Below are positions 34,172-43,885 of a stretch of DNA of 64,000 bases, piece by piece. The notes under the pieces are model-generated. The model worked only from the letters and a program-made list of their open reading frames with translations. It did not search any database and was not told the origin of the DNA. The stretch's first letter is position 1; the number at the start of each line of letters is the position of its first letter. The position numbers were made by a program, and so were the translations under genes. Location: the IMG/VR virus record IMGVR_UViG_3300037510_000569, positions 62,732-126,731 of that record. One strand, 5' to 3'. Source of the stretch: a virus. Lineage: Duplodnaviria; Heunggongvirae; Uroviricota; Caudoviricetes.

Positions 34172-35095
34172 ATGAGCAAGACCGTAGCAATTCCTGCCGC
34201 ACCGACTTCACCGATTGATCTCGTCCAGAAGGCTGAGACCAAACAAGGAATGAACCCAGAGCAGTTAGGCGACCACTGGACGATGGAGCCCAAGTGGGAC
34301 GGCTGGCGCTTGCTCGCCCATGTGACTGAGACCGGCGTGCATCTCTACACGCCCACCGGCAACGTCCAGGACGGGAAGCTCCTGGAGATAGAGGCCGAGC
34401 TTTCCCGGCTCCCGGCTGGAACCTGGATCGACGGCGAGGCGGTCGCCCTGATGCTCGACGGCGACATGGTGGTCCATGAATGGAACGCGGTCCAGAAATG
34501 CCTCGGTTGCTCTGACCTCACCAAGGCTCGCGCCCGTTCTGGCCCGATCACTTTCGTCGCCTTCGACCTGATCTCCCACGCAGACATCGACGCGCGCTCA
34601 CTGCCCTTCGTCAAGCGGCGGGACCTGCTGGAGCGCGTCTTGGACCAGCACTCCTGGGAGCGGGTGATCCTGACCCCTCAGGTCGCGCCGACCGACGAGC
34701 ACCTCGCCTCCTTCATCGCCCAGGGCTTCGAGGGCGGCGTTGCGAAGTCCTTGACCGCCCCCTACGCGAGCGGCCAGCGGGGACAGGGGCAGATCAAGTT
34801 CAAGCCTCAGGCGACTGACGACTTCGTCGTGATGGGCTTCAAAGAGGGTGAGAACGGCTTCACTGGGTTGATCGGCGCGATCGTCTTTGGCGCCTACGAG
34901 AACGGGGAGCTTGTCGAACGCGGCCGGTGCTCAGGGATGGATATGGCAACGCGCGTGCGGATTTCCAAGGACCGTGACAGCTACCTCGGCAATGTGCTGG
35001 AGGTCGCCCACATGGGTTTCATCGGGGCTGGCTACCGCCACCCACAATTCAAGCGTTGGCGCCCAGACAAAGCGCCAGCGGAATGTGTCGTCTAG
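34172..35095 (+). CDS. ATP-dependent DNA ligase (LigD ligase-domain type)
   Basis: Motif I EPKWDGWR (KxDGxR), DGEAV (III), FVAFDL, EGGVAK (IV), QIKFK (V); 307 aa. Confidence 0.8.
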   Translation: MSKTVAIPAAPTSPIDLVQKAETKQGMNPEQLGDHWTMEPKWDGWRLLAHVTETGVHLYTPTGNVQDGKLLEIEAELSRLPAGTWIDGEAVALMLDGDMVVHEWNAVQKCLGCSDLTKARARSGPITFVAFDLISHADIDARSLPFVKRRDLLERVLDQHSWERVILTPQVAPTDEHLASFIAQGFEGGVAKSLTAPYASGQRGQGQIKFKPQATDDFVVMGFKEGENGFTGLIGAIVFGAYENGELVERGRCSGMDMATRVRISKDRDSYLGNVLEVAHMGFIGAGYRHPQFKRWRPDKAPAECVV

Positions 35096-35108
35096 CGAAA
35101 GGAGCACC

Positions 35109-35453
35109 GTGGCTGCCGATCTCATGGCAGGACTGGATCGTCTTATCCAAGAAGCAGAAGGCGATCTGAACACCCTCAAGGAGGCCAAGCTGAGCCTCCA
35201 GGGGCGCAAACGAGCAGGGCGGAAGAAAGGTGCGCCGAAGGCGCGCAAACGCGAGACCCGACGCGGGCGCAAGACGCGGGCGGTGGAGGCACTCCAGATG
35301 ATCGAGGAGAAGCCAGGCATCGGGGCGACCGAGATCGCCAAAACGATGAAGATCAAGTCGAACTACCTCTACCGAGTCCTCGGCAAGCTGGAGGACGAAG
35401 GGAAGATCAAGAAGAGCGGCCCCCGCTCCTACGAGCCGGTTCCGACGGCCTGA
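35109..35453 (+). CDS. basic protein with C-terminal winged-helix HTH, putative DNA-binding regulator
   Basis: GTG after aaaggag; KRAGRKKGAPKARKR then GIGATEIAKTMKIKSNYLYRVLGKLEDEGKI. Confidence 0.5.
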   Translation: MAADLMAGLDRLIQEAEGDLNTLKEAKLSLQGRKRAGRKKGAPKARKRETRRGRKTRAVEALQMIEEKPGIGATEIAKTMKIKSNYLYRVLGKLEDEGKIKKSGPRSYEPVPTA

Positions 35454-35947
35454 TGCCACCGCAGTCCGAGCCACCCACTCCCGCGAGCGACCTCCAGGCG
35501 AAACTCGCCAAGGACATCGAGCGCGTGGGGTGGGTGGCTATCGGGGTGATGCCGACCGAGGACGATCCGATCGACCCCTTCACCTACACGCTCAACCTCT
35601 GGCGCAAGTTCGACCACCCCGAGCTGATCGTGACCGGGATGCGTCAGGAGGTCGCCCACTCCATGATCGCTGGTTTCATCTCACGGATCGAACAGGGCGA
35701 TCGCTTCGACACCAGCCTCGATCATCCCAAAGCGCTGCAGGGCCAGGGAGACAAGACCTACACCGCCGCGATACGGCCGGTCACGCCGACACAGCGAGAC
35801 GAGCATCTGCGCTTCGCAGACTGGTGGAACGGCGGCGAGGACTTTCCAGCGATGCAGATCGTCTGGCCGGACCCCGCTGGCCTCTTTCCCTGGGAGGACG
35901 GCTACGATCGCCGCTATCTCCAGCCTCTGCTGACCGACGATGGATGA
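35453..35947 (+). CDS. hypothetical protein (DUF4262-like)
   Basis: 164-aa ORF; IVWPDPAGLFPWEDGYD motif. Confidence 0.45.
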   Translation: MPPQSEPPTPASDLQAKLAKDIERVGWVAIGVMPTEDDPIDPFTYTLNLWRKFDHPELIVTGMRQEVAHSMIAGFISRIEQGDRFDTSLDHPKALQGQGDKTYTAAIRPVTPTQRDEHLRFADWWNGGEDFPAMQIVWPDPAGLFPWEDGYDRRYLQPLLTDDG

Positions 35948-36167
35948 CGAGCAACCGACAGAGGTCCTCGAACACCAGCTACCCGCCCACAACGAGCGGG
36001 ACCCGCTGAGCCGAATCGCCATCGCCGTCGAGCTCATGGCGGCATCTGTGATCGAGAGCACGACGATCTTGCGCGCGATGGCCGCGCGCGACCCCCATGT
36101 CAGCGAGGAGGTCCGGCGTCTTGAACGAGAGCGCCACAAGCCGACTCCGCCGCCTCCGCACCGCTAG
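35940..36167 (+). CDS. hypothetical protein
   Basis: ATGGATGA overlap; 75 aa. Confidence 0.4.
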   Translation: MDDEQPTEVLEHQLPAHNERDPLSRIAIAVELMAASVIESTTILRAMAARDPHVSEEVRRLERERHKPTPPPPHR

Positions 36168-36234
36168 GTGCAGCGTGCAGCGAAAATCCGCTTGGGGGTG
36201 GTAGCCGTAGGCGGGGCTACGCTTCGCAGCAACG

Positions 36235-39200
36235 ATGGCCGCCTCGCCAACGAATCGCACGCTGCAGGAGGTCAGCTCGTCGGTCTACCCCAAGCTCGAG
36301 CGCAAACCGGGGAAGCAGAACTGGGTTGACTACGCCGGCGGTCTGCCGTCCTACATCGAACGGATCGCCAAACACCTCCACTACGAGAAGGGCAAAGACA
36401 TCTCGACGGCGATCGCGATCGCCGTCAACACGGTCAAGAAGTGGGCGACGGGAGTCAACCACAACGGCTCGAAACTGAAGCCGGACACCGTTGCCAAGGC
36501 GCAGGCCGCCGTGGCGGAGTGGGAGGCGAAGAAGGCCAAGGCGAAAGGCAAGAGCCTGGCCGAGGCCGCTTACAACGAAGCGCCAGGCGGGATCGAGATG
36601 AGCGCGGAGGACCGCGCCTCGGTCGTTGGCACCTTCTCCCACCGCCTGACGCTCCTGGAGGGCTTCGCGCTGAACCTCAAGGGCGCCTCGACCAAAGGGA
36701 AGAGTGCGGCGCTCGACAATGCGATCGCTCTGCTGGAGGGCCGCGAGGTCAAGCTGGCGATCGGCGGCGGCAACGCCGACTCGCGCGCTCTCGCTCGCGC
36801 TCAGTCAGCGCTCGGCAAGGAGGCCGCGGAACTGCGCTCGGTGCTCGAGGCCTTCGAAGGTCCTCAGGTCAGAGCCGCTCGCCGCGATGTCAAGCAGCAG
36901 GCGAAAGGCCGAAACGGTCAGGCGGTCTTCGACGAATCCAAACACCCTCGCGCCGGGAAGGGCCAGCCGACCGGCGGGCAGTTCATCCGCAAGGGCGCCA
37001 CCGGCAGCGAGGTCAAGGGCATCCAGCGCGCGCTCGGGATCAAAGCCGACGGGAAGTTCGGCAACAAAACCAAGTCGCGCGTCGAAGAGTTCCAGCGCAA
37101 CCACGGCCTGACGGTCGACGGCGTCGTCGGCGCTCAGACCGCTGGCGCTCTCCACGGAACCGAAGCGGTGCCAGGCCCGCTCCTCTCCCACCACCGAGGG
37201 CGTCTGCGCAAGATCAGTCAGAAAGTCGAGAAGCAGTACTCGAAGGCATCGTTGGCGGCGGCCGACGCCAAGGAAAAACGCGAAAACAAGGCGCGCAAAG
37301 CCCGCAAAGAAGCTAGAAAAGAAGCAGAATCTAAGGCGAAATCTTCGTCTTCTTCGTCGTCCTCCTCCTCAGCCACGGGTACGGACAGTGGTGTCGGCTC
37401 GACGCTCGGCCCGGACTCAAGCCTGCCCGAGAAAGTCGTGCAGCTGATCCAGCGCAAACTCGGCATCGACACCAGCGGCTCCTACGACGAAGCGACCGAG
37501 AAGGCGATCCGCAAGTTCCAGCGCGACCACGGCCTGCTCGTCGACGGCATCGTCGGCACCCAGACCCTCGCCGCGCTGCGTGGCGATGAATCCCCGCCGG
37601 AGCCGGGTGCCTTCAGTGAGTCCGACTGGAGTTGGCTGACCCAGCACCAGGCCGGCGGCCAGCGCGAAAGGCGGCATGAGCGTCAGAAGGAGCATCGCCA
37701 GGAGCGTCGCCAGCGCCAGGAAGAAAAGCAGGAAGAACGCGAACTGCGGGTCGAAGAGGCGATGGTCAAGGACGACTTCGTGCGGCGCTACGGCGCCGGG
37801 ATGACTGGTGCGCCCGACGAGGCGACCGGCCACCTTCAGCGCCGCCTCACCGAGCTTGGCTACGAGCCGGGTGCTGACGACGGCCGCTACGGAGAGAAGA
37901 CCAAAGGCGCGGTCTCGAAGTTCCAGGGCGACCACGGCCTCAAAGAGGACGGCGAGGTCGGTCACGACACGAAGCTCGCGTTGCGCGGCACCGACCCCGA
38001 GGAGGTCGCCCGTCGGCGCACCAGCGAGGAGTCGGAGACCTCGGAGGAGAAGTCCGACGAGAAAAATGCTCAGAAACCTGTTCAGAAAAGTGACCAGGAA
38101 CCTGCTGAGGGCGAGCAGGAGGAGAAGGAGCCCAGCGAACGCCACAGCCTCGCCGGCGCAGTCCTCACCAAGGGCGCGGGCGTTGATGCCGAGGACGCCG
38201 ATCCTTCGGTCGAACAGATGCAGAGCATCATCGGCACCGAGGTCGATGGGCGCTTCGGCCCCGAGACCGAGAAGAAGCTGAAGTCGGTTCAGCGCCGCTA
38301 CGGGCTGAAGGCCGACGGCGTCGTAGGGCCCAAGACCGGCCGCCTGCTCGACCGCATGGCCTCCAAGCACAAGCCCGACCCGAAGAAGATGAAGGAGGCT
38401 GCTCTCGATGCCGCGATCCTCGATCGCATGGAGGCCGCCGTCGCGGGCGACAACACCGCCTTCATCAGAGCACGCGCTCGAGAGGAGCACGCGCGCCAGA
38501 ACCTCGCCGAGGCTTCCCTGCGCGGCATCGGCGGCGATCTCGTCCGCAGCTTCTACCGCCTCGACGACGGCACCTTTGCGCCGAAAGGGATGGGCCGCAT
38601 CCTCAAGCCGGGTGAGGAGATCAAGCTCCCCCACCGGAACGGCGAGGGCTCAGTCCGCGCTCGGATCGAACCGGGCGGCAACAAAGGCCGCGGCATCGCC
38701 AGGATTCTCGACGGCCCCGACGAGGGCCAGCTGGCGGCCGTGCGGACCGCTGCGCCAGCGGGGACCAGCCCACGCGGCTTCCCGCGGCCGCTCTCGAGGA
38801 AGCCCGCGCCACTGCCGCCAGGTGACCCCAGCAGCGGGGCCAAAGTGCAAGAGGTCAAATCGCAGAACTACCGCGACGCGATCAACCACCACATCACCAA
38901 GGGCGAGGACCACGCCGTTCAGGACCACCTGGACGACATGGAGAGCGATCACCAGTGGTCCGAACGTCAGGGCTACGGCAAGGCGATCGCCAACTACGAC
39001 GCGGCCAAGTCCGCAGGCGAGCACTTCCTGACCCACGGCGAGCCCCCTCAGCGGGAGTTGACCGGAACCGACGAGATCGCACGCGCGATGCGCGGCGGCG
39101 GGGAGACGATCACCACTCCAGCCGGGACTTTCAAGATCAGCGAGGACGAGGGGGGCTGGTATGCGCTCGACACCAGTGATCCAGAATCCGAGCACCTGGT

Positions 39201-40641
39201 AGACCAGACCCGGCACGGTCTGGCCCGCCAGCTCAGCGGGCCGCAGCGAGCACCGATCGACTTCACCGCCAAGTCCGACGCCGAGCTCGACCAGCTCCAG
39301 GCCTCGATCAGCGACGAGAGCGGCGTGGTCCGCACCAACGGCCGCGACCGGAGCATCTTCCAGGCGATCACGAAAGAGCGCAAGCGCCGCGCTGAGCGCG
39401 CATACCGCGACGCCAAGAGCGACAAGGAGCGCGCCAGCCTGGCCGACCTCGTGGCCCAGTGGACCGGCCGCAGGCCGCAGGGGGCGCCGCAACCTCAGTA
39501 CTCGCCGCCGGAGGGCTACGCGCCCAACGAGAGCGCGACCCAGATCAAAGAGATGGGACCTGGCGACACCTTCTACATCGGCAAATACAGCACGCCGTTC
39601 GTCTGGCACAAGCAGGTCGGACCAGAGTTCATCGTCGCCAAGCCGGTCGGCGGCGGCAAAGCGAAGCCCTTCCACATGGAGATGGCGCCGACCTTCCTCG
39701 GGCCGCACGATGACAGCTACCCGAATCAGCCCGCCAGCGCCAGCGCGCAGGAGCCGACGACGGCTGGTGACGACGACCTCTTCGACAAGCTGAAAGCGAG
39801 CATCAAGCCGAAAACCGGGCCGTTCGGAGAAGGCGAGTCCGGTCCTCCGCTGGGAGAGGTTCCGTCCAAGCCGAAGAGTCCAGCGCGATCGCCGTCGGGC
39901 AACCTGCGCAACTTCAAGGCGATGAGCGACAAAAAGCTCTACGACCTCGCGGTGGAGATGAAGCAGCACCCCGACGACACCGACGCGGTCAAAGCAATCG
40001 TCGCCGAGATGCAAGTTAGGAGCGCATCGCCGACAAGCAACGTCACTGGCGAGCACCCGGAGAAAGAGTCGAAGCCGTCGCTGCCGAAAACCCACGAGCC
40101 GCCGAAAGTCAAGTCCGCCGATGAGAAGATCGCTGCGGCTTGGGGCGCATACCAGACGAAGAAAGCGGAGTTCGACGCTCTTCCCGATGACGCCGACAAA
40201 GCAACCCGCGCGAAACTTGCCTCGCAGGTCCGCGCGGCGAAGTTCCGCATCAAGCGCGTCGGGGGAGATCCCAATAAGCCGCCGTCGGCTGCGCCCTCAC
40301 CACCGAAGAAGAAGGCGAAACCGGCCCCGAAACCGAAGCCCAAGGAGGTCGCCAAACCGGCACGAGAGACCCCGAAGCCGCCCGCAGCAGACTTCGAGGA
40401 CCTGGTCGCCCAAGGCGTTGAGAAGGAACACGCCAAAAAAGCCGAGATGGTCGCCTCTCAGGCTGCGATGAAACTTGGCCCCGACTGGGGCTCCAAACAG
40501 ATCAGCGCGGCGCTCGACCAGCTAGAGGAAAAGGGTCTTTCCTTCGATCGTGAGCAGGAGTCCCCGGACACGCTGGCCGCGGTCATCAAGGCCGCTGGAC
40601 TGAACCCAGCCGATCTGAAGACGATCGGCACGACGAGTTAG
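36235..40641 (+). CDS. giant 1468-aa protein with four peptidoglycan-binding (PG_binding_1-like) domains and long charged low-complexity linkers; candidate virion-associated cell-wall-binding protein
   Basis: Four repeats of the form GSEVKGIQRALGIKADGKFGNKTKSRVEEFQRNHGLTVDGVVGAQT; SSSSSSSSS tract; HPRAGKGQPTGGQF motif shared with the 18409 giant protein. Confidence 0.7.
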   Translation: MAASPTNRTLQEVSSSVYPKLERKPGKQNWVDYAGGLPSYIERIAKHLHYEKGKDISTAIAIAVNTVKKWATGVNHNGSKLKPDTVAKAQAAVAEWEAKKAKAKGKSLAEAAYNEAPGGIEMSAEDRASVVGTFSHRLTLLEGFALNLKGASTKGKSAALDNAIALLEGREVKLAIGGGNADSRALARAQSALGKEAAELRSVLEAFEGPQVRAARRDVKQQAKGRNGQAVFDESKHPRAGKGQPTGGQFIRKGATGSEVKGIQRALGIKADGKFGNKTKSRVEEFQRNHGLTVDGVVGAQTAGALHGTEAVPGPLLSHHRGRLRKISQKVEKQYSKASLAAADAKEKRENKARKARKEARKEAESKAKSSSSSSSSSSATGTDSGVGSTLGPDSSLPEKVVQLIQRKLGIDTSGSYDEATEKAIRKFQRDHGLLVDGIVGTQTLAALRGDESPPEPGAFSESDWSWLTQHQAGGQRERRHERQKEHRQERRQRQEEKQEERELRVEEAMVKDDFVRRYGAGMTGAPDEATGHLQRRLTELGYEPGADDGRYGEKTKGAVSKFQGDHGLKEDGEVGHDTKLALRGTDPEEVARRRTSEESETSEEKSDEKNAQKPVQKSDQEPAEGEQEEKEPSERHSLAGAVLTKGAGVDAEDADPSVEQMQSIIGTEVDGRFGPETEKKLKSVQRRYGLKADGVVGPKTGRLLDRMASKHKPDPKKMKEAALDAAILDRMEAAVAGDNTAFIRARAREEHARQNLAEASLRGIGGDLVRSFYRLDDGTFAPKGMGRILKPGEEIKLPHRNGEGSVRARIEPGGNKGRGIARILDGPDEGQLAAVRTAAPAGTSPRGFPRPLSRKPAPLPPGDPSSGAKVQEVKSQNYRDAINHHITKGEDHAVQDHLDDMESDHQWSERQGYGKAIANYDAAKSAGEHFLTHGEPPQRELTGTDEIARAMRGGGETITTPAGTFKISEDEGGWYALDTSDPESEHLVDQTRHGLARQLSGPQRAPIDFTAKSDAELDQLQASISDESGVVRTNGRDRSIFQAITKERKRRAERAYRDAKSDKERASLADLVAQWTGRRPQGAPQPQYSPPEGYAPNESATQIKEMGPGDTFYIGKYSTPFVWHKQVGPEFIVAKPVGGGKAKPFHMEMAPTFLGPHDDSYPNQPASASAQEPTTAGDDDLFDKLKASIKPKTGPFGEGESGPPLGEVPSKPKSPARSPSGNLRNFKAMSDKKLYDLAVEMKQHPDDTDAVKAIVAEMQVRSASPTSNVTGEHPEKESKPSLPKTHEPPKVKSADEKIAAAWGAYQTKKAEFDALPDDADKATRAKLASQVRAAKFRIKRVGGDPNKPPSAAPSPPKKKAKPAPKPKPKEVAKPARETPKPPAADFEDLVAQGVEKEHAKKAEMVASQAAMKLGPDWGSKQISAALDQLEEKGLSFDREQESPDTLAAVIKAAGLNPADLKTIGTTS

Positions 40642-40648
40642 GAGAACG

Positions 40649-40969
40649 ATGAGCTTCAACACCAGCGACAGCCGGAGCTTCACCACAAAAGACGCCGACT
40701 CCTCGCCTGAGGTCTTCAAGAAGGGCAACACCAAGACCGCGACTCTGCTCGTGCGCAACACAGGCGAAAAAACCGCGACCTACAAAGTCGAGGGCTCGAT
40801 CGACGGGGAACATTTCGTCGACCTGGTGGAAGCCGCGGACCTCGCCAAAGAAAAATCGAAAGTCCACTCGATCACCGACTACTGGCCGATCCTGCGGATC
40901 ACCGGCAAGTCAAAAGAAGCCGGGAAACCGACGACGGTGGCGATCGCCATCGCCTCGATCGAGGCCTAG
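40649..40969 (+). CDS. hypothetical protein, first gene of the structural block
   Basis: 106-aa ORF directly after the giant gene. Confidence 0.45.
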   Translation: MSFNTSDSRSFTTKDADSSPEVFKKGNTKTATLLVRNTGEKTATYKVEGSIDGEHFVDLVEAADLAKEKSKVHSITDYWPILRITGKSKEAGKPTTVAIAIASIEA

Positions 40970-40975
40970 TCCAGG

Positions 40976-41020
40976 AAAAGTCAATCCGGGGGGGACCCTC
41001 TGCTGCGCTGCTACGGTCGG
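40976..41020 (+). promoter_or_regulatory. conserved structural-operon motif, copy 1
   Basis: aaaagtcaatccgggggggaccctctgctgcgctgctac immediately before the ATG at 41024. Confidence 0.5.
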
Positions 41021-41023
41021 CGC

Positions 41024-42370
41024 ATGACGACCGCAGCAGTGCCAAAGGATGCCCTCCGTCTCCAAGAGGCGATCGCCTCCCGGCCCGGCGCTCTACAGCA
41101 GGACGGAGAGCACGCGGGGACGGTCATCATCGACGTAATCCGTCCTACGGTTGGCCTCGGTCAGGGTCGCCATCTCTACGAGGCCAAGATGCTCGAGCAG
41201 TACGCCGGCATCTTCGGCGAGCACGTCGAGGAGGGCGAGAAGGTCCGGGGTTGGAAGATGTACGCCGACCACGAGGACCCGAAGGCGATCAAAGCCCGCA
41301 ATGGCCTGCCCCGTCCGATCGCCCACACCGGAGGCCGCATCGAGGAGTCCTGGTGGGACCCCGATGTTCCCGCGGAAGGCCGATTCGGCCAGGGCGCCGT
41401 TCGCGCCCGAGTCCGCCCCGTCGGTCTGGTGCGGCGGCTGCTCGAAGAGGACCCGCAAATCCTCGAGGCGAGCATCAACGCGCAGGCGACCGCTGTGCGC
41501 CCCGACCTTCACGATGGCCAGCAGGTCTGGGTCGTTGAGGGAATCGAGGGCGGCGGCTCGGTCGATTGGGTCTCCGAAGGCGGCGCCGGCGGCAAGGTCG
41601 TAGAGCTGATGGAGGCAATGGTCCGTGAGATCGGTGCCGACGACGAGCACGATCCGCTCTCCGTTCTGGAGTGCCTGACCGACAACGAACTTGGCGACTA
41701 CATCGCCAGCAAACGCTCGGGGCTGCTAGAGGCTGCCGCCGGCGAGGAATCCACCACGCCTGAAGGAGGCGAGATGGCAGAAGTTACCCCCGAGGACATT
41801 CAGGAGGCTCTCCGCGATCCCGAGAGCGGCGTACGCGAGTACGTCGGCGAGCTCGTAGAGGCTGGCCTGAGTGAGCGCGGAGAGGTGATCCGGGCCGAGG
41901 CGAAAGCCGAAGCCGATCGCCAGGTTCAGCTCCGCGACATGCGCGACGAAGCGCACCGCATGATCGAGGCCACCGATCTGCCGGACTCCTGGAAGAACAA
42001 GCTCCGAGGCGAGTTCTCTCTCGTAGAGGGCAAGCCGACGGCGAAGCTCGACCAGGTGGACGAGGTCGACGACAACGGCGAGGTCACGAAGGGCGCTGCG
42101 GCGTTCCTGGCCGAGGCGGTCGAGGCAACGATCACCGAGCAGCGCGAGCTGCTCGCCGAGGCAGCTCCCACCCGCATCGAGGGTCAGGGCGCAGGCTCGA
42201 GCGAGGAGGGCGCCAAGAGCGCCGAGAGCGGCACCCCCTACTGGAAAGAGTTCCTCCAGGAGGCGGGCGTCCAGGACCCCGACAGCGTGTACGGCGGCGC
42301 GGCGAAGGCGGAGGTCGAGGAGGAGAAATCCTCCGAGTCCGAGGCCGAGGCTGCGGCGGCGGCGGCGTAG
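41024..42370 (+). CDS. putative scaffolding protein, possibly a prohead protease-scaffold fusion
   Basis: 448 aa; acidic coiled-coil C-terminal half ending EAEAAAAAA; located just before the decoration and major capsid genes. Confidence 0.45.
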   Translation: MTTAAVPKDALRLQEAIASRPGALQQDGEHAGTVIIDVIRPTVGLGQGRHLYEAKMLEQYAGIFGEHVEEGEKVRGWKMYADHEDPKAIKARNGLPRPIAHTGGRIEESWWDPDVPAEGRFGQGAVRARVRPVGLVRRLLEEDPQILEASINAQATAVRPDLHDGQQVWVVEGIEGGGSVDWVSEGGAGGKVVELMEAMVREIGADDEHDPLSVLECLTDNELGDYIASKRSGLLEAAAGEESTTPEGGEMAEVTPEDIQEALRDPESGVREYVGELVEAGLSERGEVIRAEAKAEADRQVQLRDMRDEAHRMIEATDLPDSWKNKLRGEFSLVEGKPTAKLDQVDEVDDNGEVTKGAAAFLAEAVEATITEQRELLAEAAPTRIEGQGAGSSEEGAKSAESGTPYWKEFLQEAGVQDPDSVYGGAAKAEVEEEKSSESEAEAAAAAA

Positions 42371-42388
42371 GGGAGAAGGAGCTACCCA

Positions 42389-42778
42389 ATGCCTTACAAG
42401 AGGCCGGGAGAGGGCGTCTACGTCACGAACGAAACCGGGGGCAATCTGACCCACGGCCAGCCGTTCGTAGACAAAACCAAAGCGTTCGTCGGCGTTGCTG
42501 TGAAGCAGAAGGCCGTCGGCTTCGCGGAGGGAATGGCCGCCCAGGCCGTCATCCCTGACGACGAGGAGTTCTTCCTCATCACCAAGGGTGTCGTGCAGGT
42601 CGCAGAGGTCTCCGGCTTCGCAGTCGGCGACGACGTCTGGATCGACCCCACCGACAACAAACTCACCGAGACCGCCGAAAAAAACGTCAAGTTCGGCCGG
42701 GTCGTCGAGATCGAGAACGAACGCGGTACGCCCGCCAACAAGGTGCGTATCGACCTCGACGCCAAGGACAGCTTCTAA
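42389..42778 (+). CDS. small structural protein, possible head decoration protein (DUF2190-like position)
   Basis: 129 aa, beta-rich, located between the scaffold and the major capsid gene. Confidence 0.4.
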   Translation: MPYKRPGEGVYVTNETGGNLTHGQPFVDKTKAFVGVAVKQKAVGFAEGMAAQAVIPDDEEFFLITKGVVQVAEVSGFAVGDDVWIDPTDNKLTETAEKNVKFGRVVEIENERGTPANKVRIDLDAKDSF

Positions 42779-42811
42779 GCCGTCCGGCTAGAGGAGAAGG
42801 AGACCAAGAGA

Positions 42812-43885
42812 ATGTCCAAATACGGTGAGTATCGCCGTCCCGTTCTCCTCCTGGAGGCGTACAAGGACTGGTACGCCGACCGCATCGGCGGTCTTCAGGA
42901 GGGTAGCGTGGAGCTGCGAGAGGCCGCTTCAAAGGCGGACTTCCCGGAGTTCCTCTTCGGGCCGATTCGGACGAGCGTCTACCAGGGGTACACGCGGGTC
43001 ACGCCGCAGTACCGCCGGTATGCACGGATCGAGAACGCCACGGACTTCCGCGAGCGCCGCATCAAAGGCCTCTGGGGTCTGACGGGCATCGGCTACGTCG
43101 GGGACCACGGCGAGTACCCCGAAATGCAGCGGACCGAGCGCCCCTCGGCCACGCTGGTGATCGACACCTACGGGGCCGTCTACGCGATCACGCGGCAGAC
43201 GATCATCAACGACGAATCGGGGGACCTGCTCAGCAAAAACCCCGACGACATGGGCTACGCGGCAGCGCAGTTCGTCACCGAGGCGATCATCGCCTACATC
43301 GAGGGCAACCCGACGGCGCCGGACGGCAACCCCGTGTTCTCCGAAGCTCGCGGCAACCAGATCACGAGCCCGCTGAGCGAGGACTCCCTCGCCTCGGCGA
43401 TCTCGACGATGGAAATCCAGCGAGACGGTGACGGTCGTCGCATCGTCGTCCGCCCCCAGGTCCTCGCGGTCCAGAGCGTCCGCATGGAGCTGATCGCCAA
43501 CCGGATTCTCCGCTCACAGGAGACCGGCACCAACGCCGCCTACACGGGCGCCGCGGGTGCGGGCTCGAACGTGTTCGACAAGGGCACGATCAACCCGCTC
43601 GCCGGCATCCTGCCGCAGGGCGCCGTCGTCCGCGACCCCTACTGGTCGGACGCGAACGACTGGTACCTGTTCGCCAACCCCAGCGACGTTCCGGCCTTCG
43701 CGGTCGGCTTCCTGGGCGGACGCGAGGAGCCTCAGGTGTTCAAGAAGAACAGCGAGACCTCCTCGGCCCTGAGCGGTCCCGACCCCTACACCTGGGAGCT
43801 CGACTCGGTCGACTTCAAGGTCCGCCTGGACTTCGGCGTAGGAAACGTCGATCCGGCGGGTGCGTTCCGATCGGTGGTCGCCTAG
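42812..43885 (+). CDS. major capsid protein
   Basis: 357 aa with strong RBS ggagaaggag; position and size; composition typical of capsid proteins. Confidence 0.65.
   Translation: MSKYGEYRRPVLLLEAYKDWYADRIGGLQEGSVELREAASKADFPEFLFGPIRTSVYQGYTRVTPQYRRYARIENATDFRERRIKGLWGLTGIGYVGDHGEYPEMQRTERPSATLVIDTYGAVYAITRQTIINDESGDLLSKNPDDMGYAAAQFVTEAIIAYIEGNPTAPDGNPVFSEARGNQITSPLSEDSLASAISTMEIQRDGDGRRIVVRPQVLAVQSVRMELIANRILRSQETGTNAAYTGAAGAGSNVFDKGTINPLAGILPQGAVVRDPYWSDANDWYLFANPSDVPAFAVGFLGGREEPQVFKKNSETSSALSGPDPYTWELDSVDFKVRLDFGVGNVDPAGAFRSVVA

Noticed and set aside
37340-37372. Poly-serine-encoding microsatellite (tcttcgtcttcttcgtcgtcctcctcctca)
   Set aside because: It is in frame inside the giant PG-binding protein (SSSSSSSSS linker). 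It is a low-complexity linker rather than an independent repeat feature.
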